63,073 nucleotides of DNA, filler included, from Choristocarpus tenellus KU-1152 (GCA_964200185.2; 12 parts of 12 records of this genome joined end to end with filler, not necessarily neighbours in it), one strand, 5' to 3'. Shown: positions 1 through 13,661, numbered from the whole stretch's first letter. The notes: generated by a model not told the origin, from the sequence alone. Made by a program: numbers and translations.

Positions 1-945
1 TACGCCTTTGACAGGTCTGGCAAGATTCACACCACTCCCTCACGTCTTTATGTAAGGTTGGCCACCAAAATCTATCACGAACTCGGTCAAAGGTGTGCTT
101 GAAAGCAAGATGGTCGGCAACTTTATGGTCATGTAGGGCGTGTAAAATTAAACCTGAACCTCTGTTGGGGCTACTAACTGATCTCGAAATTCTCCGTTTT
201 TTCAAAGGTGATCAGGTTGATACGACCGGTAGAGTAAAAGTCTATTTTCTCGTTCTTGAGTGAAAAAATATGACATGGTGTAGGCCGTTTCCTTACTGGG
301 TAATGCTGTATTGTTGGGATCTGCCAGGTATTGAAAATAAGCTTCACACTGCTTATGTTGGGCCTTGGCTAGAACTTCCGTATCAATGACAGGAAACACA
401 TCGATGGAGCTTGCAAAGAGCTCAGAGTCATTTGCCACTTTAGTAATTTCACCTAGTCGATCCACAGACAATTCATAGGCAGAGTATACCTTGCTTTAGA
501 GCTTGCATCAGTGGTTTTTGTACCCACATTTCGACATATAGGACTTAGGGGTGCTGGTTCAGGTTCATGTTTACAAAATTCTTCCGGTTGAGGACGTGAC
601 AACATATCTGGGACGTAATGTAATCTGCCAGGCTTATGAAGGACGGTAAAATCAAAACTTTGCAAAGCTAAGGCCCATCGAGTTAACAGATTGGACGTAT
701 CGTGCATCGTATGCAGCCACCGTAAGGATGAATGATCAGTGATAACTGTGAAATGTTTACCCCAAATATATGGTCTCCAATGTTGTATTGCCAGAATAAC
801 TGCAAGGCACTCTTTTTGTGTGGCAGAATATTCACGTTGGGAGGGGGAAAGTAAGGCACTATGGTATGCAATTATATCAAAATTGTCATCTTCATTCTTA
901 TGTGCTAAAAACGCCCCTGTCCCAATATTACTGGCATCTACATGA

Positions 946-1202
946 GAGACAAAATATCTTAGAGGGTAGAGCCGCGTCCATTTGGAGGTCAAACTTCAAT
1001 GTTGCGATTTTGATGTAATTTTAGGTAACATAATCATTTTAAAGTTTCAATATCCTTGTTGTAAAAACACCTTTTCATAACGTATACATTTACCTACTCC
1101 GAAACATGTTGGAGTAGAAAATTGCCATTATAAAAAACAGGAAGGCCAAGCCACAAACGGACAAACAGGGCAAACCTCGTACCCTCTAAGGTACTTTCAT
1201 TC
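946..1202 (+). mobile_element. MITE family A (~257 bp), inserted in Gypsy RNase H
   Basis: TIRs GAGACAAAATATCTTAGAGGGTA / TACCCTCTAAGGTACTTTCATTC; 3-bp TSD TGA at 943-945 and 1203-1205. Confidence 0.9.
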
Positions 1203-1584
1203 TGAATAAAAAATTCCTTAGAAAAATCAGGAAAGTGTAGCACTGTAGCCGTTGATAACAGTCGTTTGCATTCGTCAAAAGCAGTCTGCTGTGGTCGAAT
1301 CCTTGTGGTCTTTCTTTGCTCGTTTTACTGAGGTGGTCTCTTTGTGTGACTTTACTTTCTGTGTATGGCGAATCAATTCAACCAACGGTTCTGTTGCTGT
1401 TGCTAGGTGGGGAATGTACTTCCTAACAAAGTTCAGAACCTAAAAACGATTGTAAGCCTTTCACAGTTTGAGGAGGATGCATCTCTAATATAGCTTCAAC
1501 ACGAGCTTGGGATACAGCAATTCCTTGTGGGCTAACATCATATCCCAAATAATGGATTTGTTTGAGCCAAATTGAGCCTTGGAC

Positions 1585-1712
1585 GGCTTTAACGTAATCC
1601 CTACATCTTGTAACATCGACAAAACTGTAGTGATCAACTGTTTATGGTGGCTTTAACGTAATCCCTACATCTTGTAACATTGACAAAACTGTAGTGATCA
1701 ACTGTTTATGGT
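1585..1712. repeat. 64-bp tandem duplication inside Gypsy RT
   Basis: GGCTTTAACGTAATCCCTACATCTTG...TTTATGGT starts at 1585 and again at 1649, one mismatch. Confidence 0.9.
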
Positions 1713-3824
1713 GTATCCATGATGGAGAGGCTAAAACAATATCGTCTAAATTTATCAACAACCCTGAGCTAGGACCGATACTGGAAAAGGTTTCAGACAT
1801 AAAGCGTTGGAAGATCCACGGTGCATTTTGTACTCCAAATGGTAACCTCTGACACTCATATTTCCCATCCGGCGTGATGAAGGCATTTTTTTGTCGTTCG
1901 CATTGATCAGTGATCGGTAGTTGCCAGTAGGCTGATTGAATATCTAAACAAGAAAAATATTTTGAACCCCTCAACGTGGATAAGCACTCATCCATGGATG
2001 GCAAAGGCCATGAATTACGTATCAAATGTTTATTTATGGTTCCTCTAAAATCCACATAGAATCGAGGTGATCCATCTGGTTTGGCAACAATGGTAACAGG
2101 GGATGCCCATGGGCTAGATGAGGGTTTTATAGTACCCTGTTTCTCCATATCAGTTACACATTGTCTAATAGTGTCGCGTATTTTTGGTGCCGCTCGATAC
2201 GGTGGTCTACAACAGGTTTAGTACCTGGTTGTAGTGGAAAGTTAACAGAAGTAGTGGTACAGCAACCTAATTCTTTTTGGGACAATGAAAAGACTGGTCT
2301 GAATTTAGTCACTATATCTAGTAATTCCTCTTGTTCAGACAGTGTCAGTTGAGTATTTGTAAAAGCCTTCTTAGAAAAAACCAACTTCAATTCCTCCCTA
2401 GCCTGTTTCAGTTCTTCAGGGGTAGATGGTGTGGCTGTAACTGCACTTACTGAGGTGTCTGACAAGGTATATGTTTTTGATACAGGGGAAACATGACCAA
2501 CTACAAACTCTGCTGGTAACTTGATCCCTTTTTTTGTGACAAATTGGCAATTTTGACTAGACATCCTCCATTTTCTTCCCAAACAGTGTGGGTTCGACTG
2601 ACCATTATGTGTTGCCAGTGGGGATGTATGTCGTCCTCATGCTGGAGGTCTGTGCCAGCGTAAATGATAGGTTCCACCACTGCATCGGTAGCTGTTCCTC
2701 GAAGTGCCTGAGAACAAACTAGAACAAGCTTTTCCGTGCCAGGGGGAAGGAATATCTTTTTTACTGTGTGCACTGGTGTATTGAATTCAGATGTGATTAC
2801 TGAAATTGAAACATGAGATGCATTTTCAGTCTGGCAAAAATCTTTTAGGGGGGAACAGATGGGAAGAGGTACGATTTTGGGTTTTGCTGGGATACATTGA
2901 TCACTGCCTTTAAACAACATCTCCTCTCTATCCCAATCTAGCACTGCCCCAAATGCCGACATAATGCTGTTATCCAACAAAATTTTATCTACTCCCAGAT
3001 TAGGTATGGCCACTGCTTGGACAGGCATTGAAATGTCACCAAGTTGTAGTGTAAATTGAATGAAACCAGTTACAGAGAGAGGTCTACCACCTGCTCCTTT
3101 TGAATTCAGAGCGCCTGCTGGAATCTCCCAAATGGGTGCCTTGCAAAGTGTTGGGTGGGCTTCAATGTATCTGAGAGGTATTACTGGAATGTCAGTAGCA
3201 GTATCAACAGTAATACTCGTTAAAGGTTCGTTTTCAACATACCCAGGAATTCTTACGCGGCGAGATGACACATTGAGCACGCGAGGGGAGTTAGAATAGT
3301 GTTGGATTGCTGATGTGTGCCAACAGTATGACAAGGTGAAACAACACATTTGAGGTGTAAAAGACATGTCACCCACGCCCAACCGGTTATGGGGAAAAAG
3401 AAAGAGCAGACACAACAGTTGTTACATGTCCTGCTTGTGGCAACGTTTGGTGTGCTGACCTTGAATATTTATAGTGTTGGGTCTTAATTGCTCTCTCCTA
3501 CATCTGAGTCTGCCCAAAACACTAAGTCCCTAGTTTTCTTTGACTTCCTAACCTTATAGATTTCGGGGAAACAGAATCAGCAGAGCATCTCTATATTCTC
3601 TTGTTTCTCACTCTCTCTCCTCCTGTGGTTCTATGTTACCCTGCAGGGGTTCATTGGTGGAATAATGGAGATTTCTGACTGGCAGTACCTGCTTTGATCA
3701 CCCATAAAAGCTGAGAAATCGAACGCTTTTTGTGGTTGTTGTAGATACACATGGGGGAAAGGTCTAACCCATTTTTGAAATTTGGTAAAAGGGGAATAGT
3801 ACAAAGTCTGTGCTCCAGAGCTCA

Positions 3825-3879
3825 GGCTCAAATTATCTGGGAGGGGGTGGCGGCTGTCCATTTGGGGTCAATTTTTGTA
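3825..3879 (+). mobile_element. MITE family B, left end truncated by contig end
   Basis: GGCTCAAATTATCTGGGAGGGGGTGGCGGCTGTCCATTTGG matches the copies at 31481 and 43731. Confidence 0.8.
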
Positions 3880-3979
3880 NNNNNNNNNNNNNNNNNNNNN
3901 NNNNNNNNNNNNNNNNNNNNNNNTTAATTAATTAANNNNNNNNNNNNNNNNNNNNNNNNNNNNNNNNNNNNNNNNNNNN
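3880..3979. other. Artificial contig-joining linker (44N-TTAATTAATTAA-44N); identical linkers at 8015, 14351, 17161, 19919, 24730, 31652, 38507, 43090, 47791, 50687
   Basis: Eleven identical 100-bp spacers whose core puts stop codons in all six frames. Confidence 0.98.
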
Positions 3980-4794
3980 TCCTGTCCTTGATCGTGGGAG
4001 GGGTTGAGGGTTGGGGGGGGGGGGGGGGGGGGAGGGGGGAGGGTACCCGTTTCACTCTTTTTTTTTTTGGCTACTACTGTACTACTGTGGAAAATGGTAT
4101 TATTTACTGTACCCCAGCAAAGTTGGATCCCCGTTCACCCAGTTGAGATAACTATTCTTCTTTGAGCACCCCACGTCATCGGCAGTCGAAAAAATAAAAC
4201 AAGAAGAGACATTGAAAACATTCACTCTTCCATATAGAAAACCGGAAGACAAGTGGCCTTCAATGCACACATACATGAAAGGAAGTATGCCTTCTCATCC
4301 TTGTACCAATTGGTCCATCCTCCATCATTCACTGCACCCCCTCCCAAAATACCACCCAGCCTACAGCACCCTAAGGGGACAGTTCAAGGAGACTCCATAC
4401 AAGTCTATTGGTCCCCTTCTTGCCAAAACAAAAGAAACTTGCGTTGACCACTACACACTGCTCTGGGGTATGATTACCAGCTCTAGGGCGAGGATGAGGG
4501 TTAGCAACCGCAAAAAACATAGGTTCACCATCATGTGCAGCAAGCCCAATACCTAAATATGGTGGCTAATACTACCTTACATACTCCAGAGGTTTACCAA
4601 GAGCCACGGCCCAGAAAAAAAAAGGAGTATAAAAAGAACCACAGACCTGTCTCTATATGCATTGTGCTTGATTATCCTGTTCTCAAGTGGGCGTTGGCCC
4701 AAGAGAGTGAGAACCACTGTGTCCATTTCAAATGCATTCAGAAACTAGGGCAACTCCACCCACTTTCCCCCCTCAACAACTGCTATTTACTCAC

Positions 4795-6879
4795 AAGCAT
4801 TGCCTGAAAGTAGACCTCACTCATGAAGTTGGTCCAGATGTGGTATGTTGAGTCAGAGTCCAGGGTGTCCACTGCCACACACTCAAAAAAACGCGCGAGC
4901 CCCTGGGGAATTGTTAGAGCAACGGCCACAACACAAACGTTCATCAGAGTATGCCGAAGACATGAAGGGCCCGGGAGGGGGGGAACTATTTCCATGAACT
5001 ATTTCCACTTCGTTGAAAGGATGATAGAATGTGTTAGGTGCACAAGGCATTGCCCATTCTCGATCAAACAAGGAGCAGTTATAATTTCCGATTTGGATAC
5101 ACACAGAGAGGCCTGCTACATTATCAGACTTGAGTGTCCTCCCACCTCTTTGAGCCAGAGCTCATCAAAGCTCTGAGGAGTAACGATGTCCCCGTACCAC
5201 TGGTGGCATATCTCATGGCACAGCAGTCTCACAATTCGCCGCCGTCTGACAAACTCTGTCTCCGGTGTCACCAGAAAGTATTCCTGACATAAGAAGCATA
5301 TTATGTGAAAGACATAAGAACGCAAAACACACTAAAATCTCCTACCAAGCGTAGATAGCCGAGTTGGCAGCCAGGAGAGAGGCCTTTGCAGAAGGTAATT
5401 CTTGGGGGAGTGTGCACATAATTTTAAAGGTCGATTCAGAGTTACTGTGCAGTGTCTAATTGTGAAGAAACACCATCATCGGAAAAAGCACACAAGAGGA
5501 GAATCTATGGATATTCATGGAGTCAGTACATTGTGAAAAGGTTGTAGAGTTCGACCTGATTGGGCGCTTGAGCAGACCCGTCAGCACAATATTCTGGTTG
5601 TGACAAGCCTGCTCCAAGCAAAAGTAAATCGAATGACCAACTAAAAGGCATGACCAGCAGTATGCAGCAGTATTCTCAATCAAGTACAAAGCTCACAGCT
5701 GTCCCCATTGTCAAATCGTGCCTGCAGTATCGTGATTGCACCAAAGTTTTCCATGCCCAGGCCATGCATGCGGGGTAGACAAAGGAGATCCAGTTTCGGC
5801 AACGGGAATCGTACGAGAAATAGACGGGAGAAAAGCTCAAATGCCCGCCTTGCATATTGTAGAGCAAAGTGACCGCCTCCAAGGTCCACTCCAGTGGGCA
5901 AGTGCACAGAGATTTTTACAGGCTCAGGTTCACGCTCGAGTAACACAGAGCTGGAGGCTGAGTGCTGTGGCAAATCCTCGGAGTTACCATCTTTGGGGAG
6001 AGATAAGGCAAGTGTGGAGAGGGTCTGGAAGTCGCACACCCAAAAGCCAAGCACGTAAGTTGACATCACTGGGGTAGGGTGAAATGCCACGGTCTTGAGC
6101 CCATTTCCTCCTCCATCGACGGTATTTCGATGTGATTGCTGTCCACCCCCTCCTGCTTGCCATCGAGGATCATCCTCGCGTGAGACACTTAACACTGGGG
6201 TATTGGAAATGGCATCGAGCCCGACCGGGATCCCACATAGAGTAAGTTGGAACACTGCCTTACGACTTGGCATGTCCAAGCAAGGAAAGACCTTGCGACA
6301 GTGAGTCGGCTCAAGATGTGTTCCAACCATGATGTCGTCCTTGCCGCTCTCAGTCTTCTCCATGTTGATGAAACCTTCCCCGAAACCTTCGATCATACCA
6401 CTCCACCCCCTCCCCCTCACCTCCTCCATACTGTTGTCAGTCTCTCCAAGTGCTGCAGAGCCAGCCGAAGAACCCTTTGCACCCTTGACCATATAAAGCC
6501 CTTCTAATTCATCGGTTTTGATGTCTCCTTCAAAGGAGACCTCTACAGTTATTTGCCCAGGACCAATACCGCTGTTAACAGGCAACTCAAATTTTGTGAC
6601 AGAGTCTGAGAGGTGAAAGGCACCAGCATACACCCCCCCAATGGTAGCCCAGAATATCCGAAGTCCTGTAGAGTGCAGATAGAAGAATCGACGATTGTCT
6701 GATACGATCATTGAGATCTTCACAACACCCTGAAACAACCCGGCCTTGAGGTTGAGGGAGATATCGACACCATAGGAGCGTACGCGCACATTATCAACAT
6801 AGTCTAGGGGCATTCCTCCGACATTTTCAGGGCTTGATGGAGGCCCCTCAATCACAGAGAGACCAGGGTTCCTAGCCAT
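4795..6879 (-). CDS. M1-family zinc aminopeptidase (aminopeptidase N / puromycin-sensitive type), 5' part; exons 6879-5722, 5283-5146, 4902-4795
   Basis: THLEPTHCRKVFPCLDMP, TPVMSTY, PLPKLDL, GMEN motif, then HEICHQWYG...WLKE|GLARFFE (HEXXH-x18-E). Exon phases join in frame. 3' part not resolved. Confidence 0.92.
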
Positions 6880-7816
6880 AGCGGCCTCACATCTTCGCCC
6901 CTTCTCAGTACGTCGAAATTATGTAAATGCTCATGGGATATAGAAGATGTGCGAGAGGTTGTTCTCACTCAATTGTCAACTAAGAAGATTAAGCCGACAA
7001 TACTACAATCTTTCAAGGATCTGAAAACTGAACGGGCAATTAGCGCTAATGGGTCACTTGGCCAATCGGGCTAATGGATGATGAACACTTCTCATTTTCT
7101 ATTGGTTGTAACAATTTGGCTGGCTTTGGTGTTACGGGTAAAGCTTCGTGATGATATAAAGTTGAATACTAAAAAAGAAGCGGACACGCATTGTTGTTGG
7201 TAGGAGATTCCTAAAATCAAGGTATAGGATACACCAAATAAATAGTTGTCAACATGGGCAACATAGACCCATGATCCCCCTACCAATGAGTTGTTAGTTA
7301 AGACCACTCACCCTCCATCATGGGTGCCGACCACAAAAAGGTCCCCAGCTGTTGAGGAGAATTTTTGGGTGGGGTACACCACAAGTTATGGGGTTACCAT
7401 TTCCTCCAGGAAGAAGAGGGGCATGGCGAGGATGAGGAGATGACAACCTAATGTGAAGCACCACTTCTAGTGTTGGGGATTGGAGGTTGCTGGCCTTGAC
7501 CTAAACTCGATACCAGAGTCCAGTCTCCACGCTCTGAATAGTTCCCTGTCAGTACACAAAGGTGAAGTCCTCCATAAAAAAAGCCCGAATCCTTGTAGTC
7601 AGTCGTTGATAGTTTTGCATATATAGAAAGGTTAAAAAGTAGTATCTTCTCACATCTCTTGTAGGAAACACGCAATTCAATTCTCGAAGTGGCACCCGCA
7701 AACCATGAAGCAGGGCCCAATTGCCTGTTTGTTGCCTGTCACCTGTTGCCACCCACCACATATTGTCCATTGAAGAATACACTATGAACAGCCCTGATTG
7801 GATGATGGGTGCTAGG

Positions 7817-8014
7817 GGGTAGGTGGGTGCTGGGTGCTGGATCCTGGGTCCTGGGTGCTGGGTGCTGGATCCTGGGTCCTGGGTCCTGGGTCCTGGGTCC
7901 TGGGTCCTGGGTCCTGGGTCCTGTCTGTATCCTGGGCCCTGGGTCCTGTCTGTATCCTAGGCCCTGGGTCCTGGGTCCTGGGTCCTGGGTCCTGGGTCCT
8001 GGGTCCTGGGTCCT
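7817..8014. repeat. (TGGGTCC)n heptamer tandem array running into contig end
   Basis: Direct reading; variants TGGGTGC and TGGATCC, plus two TGTCTGTATCC interruptions. Confidence 0.95.
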
Positions 8015-8126
8015 NNNNNNNNNNNNNNNNNNNNNNNNNNNNNNNNNNNNNNNNNNNNTTAATTAATTAANNNNNNNNNNNNNNNNNNNNNNNNNNNNNN
8101 NNNNNNNNNNNNNNTTAACGCTAACC

Positions 8127-11100
8127 TTAACCCGCCCATCGCCGCCTTTTTCAACGCGAAAAGCCCTGTAGCTCGCGATGTTGGGGACACGGTTGACACG
8201 ACCGTGAAGGAGTCCCTTGAAGTTGCCCTCGTTCCGTAGGGTCTTCCAGTAGACAGGAACCTCCGTGTAAGAGGCCTGCAACTCTTCACCCAGCTGTGTT
8301 CTTGTGAATATGTTCTTCCCTTTGATACCATGTGAGAACCTGAAGGTGAAATGGAAGCAAGTTAGTTTTGAGGCGGGGGCGAAAGAAAAGAAGTGGAGAA
8401 GCAAGATATATATGCAGGCACATGCTCCTCAGCATGTATATGGAAGTATAGATATATTAAGGGGTGGTGCGTACATTTTTTTATTGTTTTGTTTCTAAGT
8501 AGTTTACGAAACATTTTTGGCAGCTGCTCTTATCGTTCGATTTTTTGGTGGGGAAATCAAAAGCCAACCAATCAATTACAGCGTATGACCATAAACCATC
8601 CATGGATGCAACAAGCATGAGCAGCAAGCCTCAAGGTAGTATCTGTCCGTGTCAAAACACTATGTGGCTATCGCACTTGCATATCTTGCCTAATTACCTG
8701 GAGAATATCTGCTTGATTTTGATGTGCGTGTGCCCCACCATCATAAAATGTATCTCGAGCACACAAATGTTACTCGCCGCGACCAATAGCCCCGCATATC
8801 CGAGAAAGAAATTGTTCTTGTTCTCTGAGACGCAGTTGTCGACCTGACCTGTTTGGGGAGTTGGGAGCGAGGGAGGGATAGGCGTGAGGTCGATATGTCA
8901 GCCCATTTCACCTCGTTTCGTGGAGGAACAGTGTATGTTTCCATGACTGCTAGAGCGCAAGCTCTACATCACCGCCATCATGCATGCAAGAAGCAACACA
9001 CTAACCAAAACTAAAGACCGCACAGTTAGAGTTTTGGTGACCGGTATTCAGCGAGTATGTGTTGAGTAGGTCGTGTCAAGATGAAACTTTTTAACCTGCC
9101 AATGCGCGTGCTGGATGATGTGACTCCCCGCGTGATCGAGGCTGTTGTGGTACTTGTCGATAAGCCTAGTGAGGGCAAGGTGGGTGGCTGTGCAGACACA
9201 TTTACAACCTGCGCGAACGATGATGTCCGTTGTTAGTTGGCAAATAGTGCTCTGCTTACTTCTGCATTGTATATTTGGAGCTAAAAAGAGGGGTAATGGA
9301 ATTTGTTTTTGTAATGTAGAGCACACACACCCGACTGGCTGATATACATGTCTGTGGGTTTCCCTCCTCCTTGATTAATTAGCTCTTACGCTCCTCTTGC
9401 CCTAACCCTAAGCTGATGCGTAGGATGGCAGGGGAGCACAGCGCATCATCAGTTAATCGACTGTTCACTAGGCCTGCAGTATATGTAGGCACATGGTGTA
9501 GGGATGTACTCGTCCTCGGGTATCTAATCTTAGGCAGGTCCACTCGCCACGATGGTAAATGAAGTGGTGCGTGCGCTGAAGCATCTATTCAGTCATGTGG
9601 TTGTTTGCCACGACCAACATTACGTACCTCCTCCAAGATTGATAGGAGTGAAGAACACCTCTGCGAACTAGCCTTTGACGTGTGCGGCCATGATCTTCTG
9701 GTGCTCGGAGTAGCCCCTGATAAGAAGGACATGAATCAAAGAATCGTGTAAAGAAAGGTTCTACGGTACGTTGTCATCATGACGATCATAATAGGTAGTG
9801 GAATTATGTGAGTCTGTCTTGGCGGTTATTTCTTGTGACTTTGCACTCATTCGTAGAATAAAACAGGGTCGTCTATTCTGTTCTGCCTGCGGCTGCACAG
9901 GCTTGTTGTCAGATGGACTATGCGTGCGTGTGGTTACCTGTCACCGCCGTGGGTAGGTGGGTAAAGTGCTGGGAGGGCGTGTGCTGTCTGGTTCGCGGCG
10001 TCTACGGACATGAACACGAAGTTGAGAGGTTTGCTGTCGGCTTTGGCCCGCATGGTGCTGCTGGTGCTGTTGGCGATGACCAGCCGATCCGCTTGGATAA
10101 TCTGGCGAATGGGGGAGAGCAGCATCATGTCTGTAAATCAAATAAATCTGCTCAGAGTTGTAAAAAAATGGCCACTTGTTAACACGTATCAGGTTAGTAA
10201 CAAAATGGAGTGTAGGTAAAAAAAATGTTTGTCTTTGGATATATTTTTTAATGCTGCGTTCAATACAAACACAGTATTATCGGCATTGTCGGAAGCACGT
10301 ACGTACGGGGCCCGAGAAGCCGCTACAGCACCTGTCCGTCCTACATCCCGTTTGTACAGACCAGGAAGCAGTCTATCACACAACGTGTGTGGGCAGGTAA
10401 TAAGAACGTTTTTGCGGTGATTGAGGGTTAGGCTGCTGCTATTAGCACCTGCGTGGGAGTCTTCATTCGCAAACGGAAACATATGTTCTTCCCAATGGAG
10501 GGCAATGACGGCGACATGTTGCCACTGTACGCTTGTTGCAAAATTAACGCTGGATACATACCTCTCAATGATCTGACAGCTCCTTATCGGTGGACTCGAG
10601 GACGGTGGAGTCGTTTGTGGGTTTTACACCAGGCGCACCGTGCCGCTTCTCTTTTAAGGTGACACATATGTCACATTTCATAAACTCCCCTCCTACCCTC
10701 ACCCTGATGTCGGGCCTGTCCTCTCTGAGCAACTGGAGGAAGTGCACCCTGCTCACCCGCTTGGAAGGGTCGTCAGGATACACCCGTATTGCCTCTTTGC
10801 AAAAATCCTTGTATAGCTCCTAATTTAAAATGTTGATTGTGTGGGCAAGTGAGGAGTTATTGAGAAGGAACACTCGAAGAACACCCCTGGAAGATCTCTC
10901 GGAGGCGGGCTTAGCAATAACTTGACTGAGAACGCGGAAGACAGGATCAAGCAAGCTTCCATCGTGCGTTACGAAAGAGCAAGCACAATGATCTTCGTAA
11001 ATCTGCCAAGAGTGTCATTCTGTTCGGGCCTCGGGGCCGCAGAGTATGTGTAGACGGCGTCGAAATAACAGTTACTGTGCCTTCCTTCGTAAAAGTGACG

Positions 11101-12093
11101 AAGATTATCATAATCAACATTGTAGTCTCGACATAGCAAACGAAAAAAATAGCCCTTGGTACGAATCTTCACATGTTCTTTGAACCTTATTATCAGACCG
11201 ATCCAAGTAATGAATATCCTCCAACACAGGGTGCGGCCAACCTCTCCACAACTAACGGCAAAACCTACCTGTTTGTTCGCGGCGTAGATCACAATTGTGG
11301 ACTTGTGAGGCATGAACTGCCCGTATGTATCAGCCCAGTAATCTATCCAGGACATCACCAGGTCTCGCTTCGGAGCCATGTCCTTATCTTTGCTCGTGCC
11401 GTTCCTATTGTAGTAGCGCATGTATGTATATAAATGGATGGGAGATGTGTTAGAGGTGATACGAGGGATGGGGGATGGAATCCTAGAAGGATCGTATGCC
11501 AGGAGCGGATCTCTAATTCTGTAGATATTTACGCGTGGTAACAGCTGCAGCAGCGCGGGGACGGCTGGATGAGATGATATTGTTGAAGCATAAAAAAACA
11601 TATTGCACGTGTACATACACACATAGGTAACACATTAATCCACGCTGGAGGAATCTCTAACATTGTATATCAGACATCTAGGCATGATACCTGCAAAGTG
11701 AATATGGTGAGTATGGNNNNNNNNNNCGGGTACAAGTAACACCGTGTACATACATCAAACCCACCTATCCACGCCGGTGGATGCTCTTGCGTTAGGTGTG
11801 ACTTTGCAAGCGTCGATGACATGATTGGATATCCCGAACGATGCCTTGAAAAACCGCGTACAAACAGGAATGTCGGTCGCGAGCATAGATCCACCTCCAG
11901 GTCCCAACTTAATCACAGGTACATGGTCGCGAATGAAGTGCTTGCGATCGCGGCGGTTCTCACACGCCCGGATGATGTCCTGCTCCTTGGCCAACATGCG
12001 TTCAAGGAAGGACTCGCCATCTGCCGCGAGCTTCTTCACACAGGCTAAGCGCTTGCAGCAGTCACTCTGTTCCTTGACAGGGATGGGTTCAGC
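8127..12093 (-). mobile_element. Multi-exon, decayed Sola-like (DUF7869-type) DDD transposase gene
   Basis: About 8 GT-AG exons: VCTRFFKASFGIS; WIDYWADTYGQFMP; FMKCDIC; FMSVDAANQTAHALP; VDNCVSENKN...FMMVGHTH..QIFSR; FSHGIK. In-frame stops near 10565 and 9668. Confidence 0.72.
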
Positions 12094-12289
12094 CTATCCT
12101 CGGCGAAGGTTGGCACCGGTCGCTGAAGCGGGCTGGTGAGGGGGCAATACAGGGGGAGAGGCAGGCGACAAAAGCCACCAGGGCAGGCGACAAAAGCACC
12201 CCCTTGCTGTGGAAACAACTGTCAAGGTGTTTTCGGGCAATAGGCAGTCTTGGGCAGTGAGAAGGTCTAGGAGTGATTAGATTCGAAGC

Positions 12290-13661
12290 CGTGCGTACGA
12301 ACTTTGTTTGAGCCCTGGGCGGTCGGTGGGGCCACCCTGAGATCCATGATCCTGAAAATCCGTCCATTATGTATTTTGGGAAGTTGTAAATCCGAATATA
12401 GTATGTGATTTGTATATTTTTAAATGCAGATAACATACTTCATTGATATTGTACATTTCCAAAGTTCAGAAGCCAACTTTGTTGGAGCCTCAGGCTATCG
12501 GCGGGACCACCCTGAGATCGATAATCCTGATAATCGGTGCATTACGCATTTTGGAAATTGTAAATCCGAAAATAGTTGTAAATCCGAATAGAGTATGAGA
12601 TTTGTATCTTTTAAAATGCAAGTCACATACTTAATTGGTATTGTACGTTTCCAATGTTCAGAAACCAACTTTGTTTGTGCTCCGGGAGGTTCATTGGACC
12701 TGTCATGAGATCCATGATCCTTAAAATCTTACAATTTGTTGGACGGAAGTTGTAAAAACGATTACACCCGTACTTACAATTTCTTTTAAATACAAAGCAC
12801 ATATGAGTGAAATAATCTTAGAGGGTACGAAGTTTGCCCTGTTTGTCCATTTAGGGCTTGGCTCCCCACAGGTTTTTGATGAAATTTTACCTGCTCCAAA
12901 ATGTTTCGGAGTAGCTAAAATGTTTATGTTATGAAAAGAAGTGTCCAGAACAAGGATATTGACATCTCCTAACGAACATGATAGTCAAAACTACATCAAA
13001 ATTGTAATATTGGATTTTATCCCCCAAATGGACGCGGCTCTGCCCTCTAAGATACTTTGACTCACATTTCATTGATCTCGCACTTTTCCAATATTCAGAA
13101 ACCAAAAGGTCAACAAAAAGTGGCACCCTCTAAGTTTTTGAAATACAAAATCTTAAATTGTTGGACATAAGCATTCTTAAAAACTCTAGAGACGACAAAA
13201 AGGGGTTATTTGAGTTTTGAAGCGCCATTCCACACTTCCAAATTCAAGGACACCCAAAACACGTGCATGAGGATTTTTTTGAAATAGTAAACCCAGTAAT
13301 AACCGTTCTTACCATTATTGAAAATACCAAGCACGGACGTTATGGGTCTCAAACGTTTCCAATTTCCATAAACTAAAAGGTCACTTCCAACTGGTACTCA
13401 CAATTTATTTAAATACTAAAACCGCTTTTTGATGACCTTAGTATTTTTGAAAAAACAAGAAACGACAAAAAGGGATTCTTTCAGTATTGAACAGTCGTTT
13501 GGTTCTTCAAAACTCAAGGACAGCCAAAACACATGCGTTAGGGTTTTTACGAAATAATTGCGATATTCTAATCTTTACATCTCAACAAATACAATTACAA
13601 ACCACATGCTTCATTGATGCACTATGTTTCAAACATACGAAACGAAAAGGTCACAAAAAAA
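12290..13661. repeat. Diverged tandem repeats (~175-190-bp and ~270-bp units) upstream of the transposase; probable subterminal array
   Basis: Recurring AACTTTGTT..GAGATCCATGATCCT..TTGTAAATCCGAA..CATACTTCATTG (x3) and AAAAGGTCA..GACAAAAAGGG..TCAAGGACA.CCAAAACAC (x2). Confidence 0.8.
12805..13063 (-). mobile_element. MITE family A
   Basis: Full-length copy with both TIRs; flanks ATAT / ACAT; interrupts one tandem-repeat unit. Confidence 0.9.

Larger units (their letters stand above)
1..3415 (-). mobile_element. Decayed Ty3/Gypsy LTR retrotransposon pol (protease-RT-RNase H-integrase N-terminus)
   Basis: Domain order PR-RT-RH-IN on the minus strand: ITVDTAT (2501..3415); PSSSPWASPV, LDIQSAYWQ, LPFGVQNAP, NLDD (1642..2148); VDAS, YSATQKECLA, TDHSSL, RWAL (453..992); GH/WWP/CxxC integrase Zn motif at 1-140. 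Broken by frameshifts, a 64-bp duplication and a MITE. Confidence 0.93.

Noticed and set aside
946-1202. MITE A as an introner (self-removing by splicing)
   Set aside because: No GT/GC...AG pair at the element ends that restores the frame in either nested copy, and no copy constitutes a whole intron of a host gene.
7809-8070. GPGSWVL repeat ORFs
   Set aside because: Translation by-product of the heptamer array.
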